NCBI GenBank assembly: GCA_964016885.1 | Contig: OZ024744.1 | Location: forward strand, 80,972,001 to 81,036,000 | Length of the DNA: 64,000 nt | Origin: Eledone cirrhosa | Taxonomy: Eukaryota | Direction of reading: 5' to 3' | Shown: positions 58,651 to 64,000 of the stretch, piece by piece | Position numbering within the stretch: the first letter of the stretch is position 1 | Layout: every line of letters begins with the position of its first letter | Position numbers and translations under genes: made by a program | The notes under the pieces: model-generated | The model's database searches: none | What the model was told of the DNA's origin: nothing | What the model saw: the letters and a program-made list of their open reading frames with translations, nothing else

Positions 58651-61600
58651 TATATCTACACTCATTGTTTTGCTATAATTCCATCTCACTGTTCTAAATA
58701 ATCTTCTCCACGCTTGTTCTAAATAATCTTCTCTTTGCTAACTTGTTCTAAATAATCCTCACTTTGCTACCATTTTGGCCGAAAAATTTTCCAGGATTCA
58801 TAAAAATAGATTCTCTCGTCCCTCAAAATCGCTATTACTCCCACTCTCTCTAACATATACGTCCCTCTCGCTCTCTCACCCCCTAATATAAATAAGAATG
58901 TTACGAAGGACAAAACCTCAGAATTTTTCAACTCTTATTAAATGGTCAGTCGATTCTACGAAAATGTAATGTATATTATAACATTTTCTTGTCTCCTAAA
59001 CCTGGTTCATTCATCCATATATATCTACAATCGTTGTTTTCCTATAATTCCGTCTCACTGTTCTAAATAATCTTCTCCACGCTTGTTCTAAATAATCTTC
59101 TCTTTGCTAACTACCCCATACCCCTCCCTCCTGCCCCCACTCTCCACCTTTACTATTTGGACCAATCACAAGTCAACGGCCTATGCTATCACTTTTGGTT
59201 GCTTTTCGATATGATGGATGGACTAAGGAATTTCTGGAGAGTCTGAAGAATCTGGACACTCGATGACAATGCCAAAGATAACGACAAATTCACCTCATGC
59301 TGCCGGGCGAAAGGGCAAGGCCCCCCCCCCCTCTTTGTTTCGGCCGTGGATGGCCAACATAACCCCAAACTCATCCCCCTCACCCCTCCCTGCGCCCCAT
59401 CCTCCAAACACAATCCAAAACTTCAGAGTTGGTACCATGAACGTAGGCACCTTAAAAGGCCGCTCTAACGAGGTTGTAGAATTGCTCGGACGTAAGGAGG
59501 TTGATGTTTGCTGTATCCAAGAGACCAGGTGGAGGGGCGGGTCTGCTAGATTCATTGTGGGTAAAAAACGTTGCTATAAGCTTTTCTGGGTGGGAAATGA
59601 CAATGGAATAGGTGGGGTAGGAATCATGTTAGCAGAAAAATGGGTGGATAAGATAATAGATGTAAATAGAGTGAATGACAGAATAATTAAAATAAGACTT
59701 GTTCTAAACAGAACTGCTGTGACAGTAATATCTGCATACGCGCCCCAATCCGGACTGCCTGGCACTATAAAAGACAGATTCTATGAGACACTGATGCTCA
59801 CTACCTCCCAAATAACCGACAGTGACTATATAATTATTGCTGGTGACCTAAATGGCCACGTTGGACAACATTGTGACGGCTATGACGGAATCCACGGAGG
59901 CTATGGGTTTGGTACTAGAAACGAGGAAGGCTCCAGAATCCTGGAATTCTGTGATGCAAATAACCTAACTTTCTGTAACACTAACTTCAAAAAACGAGAC
60001 AATCACTTGATCACTTACAGATCAGGGGAACATACCAGCCAGGTAGATTATATTCTTACCAGAAGACGTGACAGTGTCTGTTGTAAACACTAAATCCCTC
60101 CCCCATGAAGAATGCACCTCCCAACATAGACTGATAATTAGCGACCTCATAGTCAGGACGAGACGTACTAGACAGCAGAAGAGGACTATCCTCAGGAGAA
60201 AAATATGGAAGCTAAAGGATCCTACAGCCAGAAATAAATTTCAAAGCATATTACTTGATGCTTTCGACAGTAAGGAAGAGCAATTAGTCATACAATGTAG
60301 AGGAACAGTGGGAATTCCTGAAAGCAAACCTGCTGATGGCGGCAGACGAAGTCTGTGGCTGGATCAGGCCTGTAGGCAGGAGGAGAGTAACATGATGGTG
60401 GAACAGTAAGGTGGAGGGGTCAATCAAGGCCAAAAAGCAGGCTTGGAAAGCATGGCGGGATGGGGGAAGTAGAGAAGACTATCAAGTGGCCAGGAGGGAA
60501 GCTAGGAGACAAGTGTACTTCGCAAGAAGGGAAGCAGAGGAAAGAAAGTTCAAGCATGTTTTACTACAACGTGAGGTGTTCAGGATTGCTAGGCAATGTG
60601 TCAAGGAAAACCGTGATATTGTCGGGGAGAAGTGTGTACTTAACGATGATGGCGTACTTGCCATCACTGACGCTGATAAGAAGGTAGCTTGGAAGTGTCA
60701 CTACGAAAGGCTACTAACTGAGGAGAATAAATGGGAGAAAGACAGTCTCCCCCACATCGACCCAATAGAGGGACCAGCAGTGTTAGTCGAAGGTAGTATA
60801 ATAAGTAAGGCAATCAAAGATATGAAGACGGGTAAGGCGGCTGGGCCTCCGGAAATAGTTGCTGAGATGCTGAAAGCCTCTGGAACGGTGGGACACACCA
60901 TGGTCACCCGGATAGTAAACCAAGTCATACAGAATGGGGTTGTTCCGAAGGACTGGTGTAGCACCATCATCGTTAACTGTTACAAGGGTAAAGGAGACGC
61001 CCTAGATAGGAGTAACTATAGAGGCATTAAATTAATCGACCAGGTCATGAAGGTCACGGAAAAAGTAATAGCGCAACTAATCAGAGGGAGAATTGATCTA
61101 GATGAAATGCAGTTCGGGTTTGTGTCAGGCAAAAGTACCACAGACGCTCTTTTCATTGTACGACAACTACAAGAGAAGTACCTAGCTAAAAGTAAACTCC
61201 TATACTTAGCTTTTGTCGGCCTGGAGAAAGCCTTCGACAGAGTACCCCGTTCCATTATTTGGTGGGCTCTTAGAAAACTAGGTGTTGACGAATGGCTTGT
61301 GAGAGCTATACAAGCCATGTATAAAGAAACAGTCAGCAAGGTTAGAATTAACAACGAATATAGCGAAGAGTTTAGCGTAAAAGTTGGTGTCCATCAGGGC
61401 TCTGTTCTTAGCCCCCTACTATTTATTATTGCCCTTCAGGCTATAGCAGAGGTGTTCAAGACCGGTTGCCCATGGGAACTCCTATACGCAGATGATCTAA
61501 CACTCATAGCTGAATCAATGGCTGAGCTAGAGAAGAAATTCCAAACATGGAAGCACGGCCTAGAATCAAAAGGCCTTAAAATTAACCTGGCTAAGACTAA

Positions 61601-62803
61601 AGTTCTAGTTTGTAGGAAAGAAAATAAGGCGCCGGTCCCTTCCGGGAAATGGCCATGCTCAGTGTGTAGGAAAGGCGTAGGTAGAAACTCCATTTTATGT
61701 CCCAAATGCAAAGTATGGGTGCATAAAAGATGTAGTGGGATCACAGGTAAGCTAACTAAGAACATAGATTTTACATGTGGCCGGTGCTCTGGTGAAATAA
61801 GTAGCAGCAAGTGCCCACAAAATACTAGCTCTTTCAATTGCGCAGAGGGTTCTATAGAAATAGTGGACAGCTTCCGTTACCTGGGTGACAAAATCAGCAG
61901 TGGGGGAGGGTGCTCTGAAAGTACAGTAGCTAGAGTCAGAACTGGATGGAAAAGGTTCAGAGAGCTTATACCACTATTAGCTGCTAAAGGGTTCTCCCTA
62001 AAAATGAAAGGCAGGTTGTATGATGCCTGGCAGTGAGACCTGGGCATTGTGTGCAGAGGATATGCGCAGACTAGAGAGGAACGAAGCTTGCATGCTCCGC
62101 TGGATGTGTAATAGTAATATACGTGAACGGCAAAGCATAAACGAACTAAGGAAAAAATTAGAAATAAGAGGGATCAGATGTTGTTTACTCGAGAGAAGGC
62201 TACGTTGGTATGGTCACGTGATGCGCATGAAAGACGACAGCTGTATAACAAAGTGCAGGGCAATAAAGATAGACGGTAGCCACGGAGTAGGCAGACCCAG
62301 AAAAACCTGGGACGACTTGATAAATTCCGACCTCACACACTTACACCTCTCCAAGACAATGTCACTGGACCGAGACCTTTGGCGGTACTCAGTAATAGAG
62401 AAGACCCGCCTTACCTAAATACAAAGTAAAACCTACTACAGTCAGTAGGCATCTCTAACAAAATACACCCCGTCCCACCACCCCCACCGTATCCACACCG
62501 CCCCTTTCAATGTAAAGTTATGTTGGTGCCACAACATCCAGGCCGAAACAAATGATAATCGTGTAGGTGTCACGACAAAAAAAACACACAGTCCACGCTG
62601 TAATGTGGCCGTGTAGGCAACACGGTAAAAACCTCCCAGCCCCACACTGTAAATGTGGTTGGTGTTAGGAAGGGCATCCAGCCGTAGAAAACCCGCCAGA
62701 CAGTCCTATGCGAGCAATGACAACCACTCTTGCCTCAAGTGGGAAAACTCCCGTTCAAACCCATGCAAGCGTGGAACATGGACGTTAAACGATGATGATG
62801 ATG
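58651..62803 (+). mobile_element. Near full-length RTE family A LINE (5' UTR, APE + RT + PHD ORF ~59263-62418 with frameshifts, 3' UTR, (GAT)n tail)
   Basis: APE motifs GTMNVGTL, CIQETRW, SAYAPQ, GDLNGHVG and QVDYIL. RT motifs as in the other family A copies. The 5' boundary is uncertain (58651 or ~59020). Confidence 0.92.
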
Positions 62804-62832
62804 ATATATATACATATATACATACATACATG

Positions 62833-62899
62833 CCGATGCGCTGAACGAGTGACTTTTTAGTGGGATACATGTTACCAGTAGCACTAACTGGTGACCTGA
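62833..62899 (-). mobile_element. Internally deleted non-autonomous RTE derivative (copy 5)
   Basis: The element's 5' end TCAGGTCACC..TATCCC is fused to its near-3' ACTAAAAAGTCACTCGTTCAGCGCATCGG. Confidence 0.7.
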
Positions 62900-62909
62900 C
62901 ATATGTACA

Positions 62910-63190
62910 TACAAATCCAGTATCCAAGATACACCTTTAGTTTCATACCCATCATTATTGGAGCTACGGGTTATATACCGACCCGCTTGGACCAAAGTAT
63001 GACTGAACTTGGATTTGCGGACAAAGAGTGCAGCTCCCGAATTCATAGTCTACAAATGGTTGTGGTAGCTGGCACCTTCAAAATTTGCAAAACATTCTTG
63101 CGATTCAAGGGATGACAATTTCTTTTCATTTACAACCTTGCCGGTGGCCGGTCAAAAAAAATATACTCGAAATTAAGAGAAAGAGATAAC
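62910..63190 (+). mobile_element. R4/Dong-like 3' fragment, second copy
   Basis: Near-identical to 58241-58530 with the same 5' breakpoint. Confidence 0.6.
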
Positions 63191-63398
63191 ATATACACAT
63201 ACATATAATCATACGTATATATACATACACATATACATACATATATACATACATATATATACATACACACATACATATATACATACATATATACAGACAT
63301 ACATATATATATATATATATACATATATACATACATATATACATACATATATATATACATACATATACATACGTACATACATACAGACATATATACAG

Positions 63399-63445
<47 letters not shown>

Positions 63446-63472
63446 CACACACATATATACATACACATACAT

Positions 63473-63525
63473 ACCGATGCGCTGAACGAGTGTGACTTTT
63501 TAGTCCAGCCAGCGACTTGAAAACT
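63473..63525 (-). mobile_element. Short fragment of the non-autonomous RTE derivative
   Basis: Matches the 3' part of 31293-31900. Confidence 0.65.
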
Positions 63526-63909
63526 CATCATCGTCATCATCACCGTTTTGCGTCCGTCCTTCCACGTTAGCATGGGTTAGACGGGGTGTCCTGTTGTGGG
63601 CAGTGTCCGGTCAGCTGACCTTGTCTTGCTCATACGGGAACTGATTCTGGCTTAATTTCTACAGCTGGATGCCCTTCCTAACACCAACCTCATTTATAGT
63701 GAGTGGTGGGTGCTTTTTTTCCGTGGCGCCTACACGTCCACTTTACAGTGTGGGCTGGGTGCTTTTTTGTCGTGGTACCTCCACGACCACTTTGCAGTGG
63801 GAGGGTGTGGGGGCATATTGTCTATATGCTTCAGCTTGGGCTTGTACCCGTGGGGGGTCGGGTATTCTGTATTACTGCATGACGCCAGAGGTCACGGTCG
63901 TAATTGGGT
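63526..63909 (-). mobile_element. RTE 3' UTR fragment with (GAT)n tail
   Basis: Homologous to 14865-15235. Confidence 0.8.
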
Positions 63910-64000
63910 ACATACATACATATATATATACATATATACATACACATATATATATATACATACTCACACATATATATATACATACATATATACATAGACA

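Noticed and set aside
49738-61837. Multiple 60-170 aa ORFs antisense to RTE copies (also antisense ORFs over CR1 and Tx1)
   Set aside because: These are shadow ORFs that recur only because the elements are repeated.

Overview
Eukaryotic, AT-rich, repeat-dominated window, most likely from an octopus-like cephalopod (inferred from the SINE/RTE families and the very long TA/TATG microsatellites). Bases 1-22 kb are ordinary repeat-rich DNA. They hold tRNA-type SINEs, piggyBac- and Tc1-like MITEs, RTE 3' fragments, a decayed Tx1/L1-clade LINE inside a (CTAT)n tract, a Chapaev3-like DNA transposon, a 5S rRNA pseudogene, two Penelope-type palindromes carrying hammerhead ribozyme cores, a probable first coding exon at 21784 (+), and weakly supported minus-strand exons. 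Bases 22.6-64 kb are mostly strand-polarised alternating purine/pyrimidine microsatellite, about 25-30 kb in total, with one 200-N scaffold gap. Nested in this array are several non-LTR retroelement families: young CR1-like copies, PHD-finger RTE copies (one near full length), a ~600-bp non-autonomous RTE derivative with an invariant 5' end, R4/Dong-like endonuclease fragments, and a hammerhead-containing retrozyme/Penelope-like unit. Most of these families sit in a fixed orientation relative to the microsatellite strand. The long YI/MYVC ORFs in the track are microsatellite translation artefacts. No complete host gene and no CRISPR array is present.
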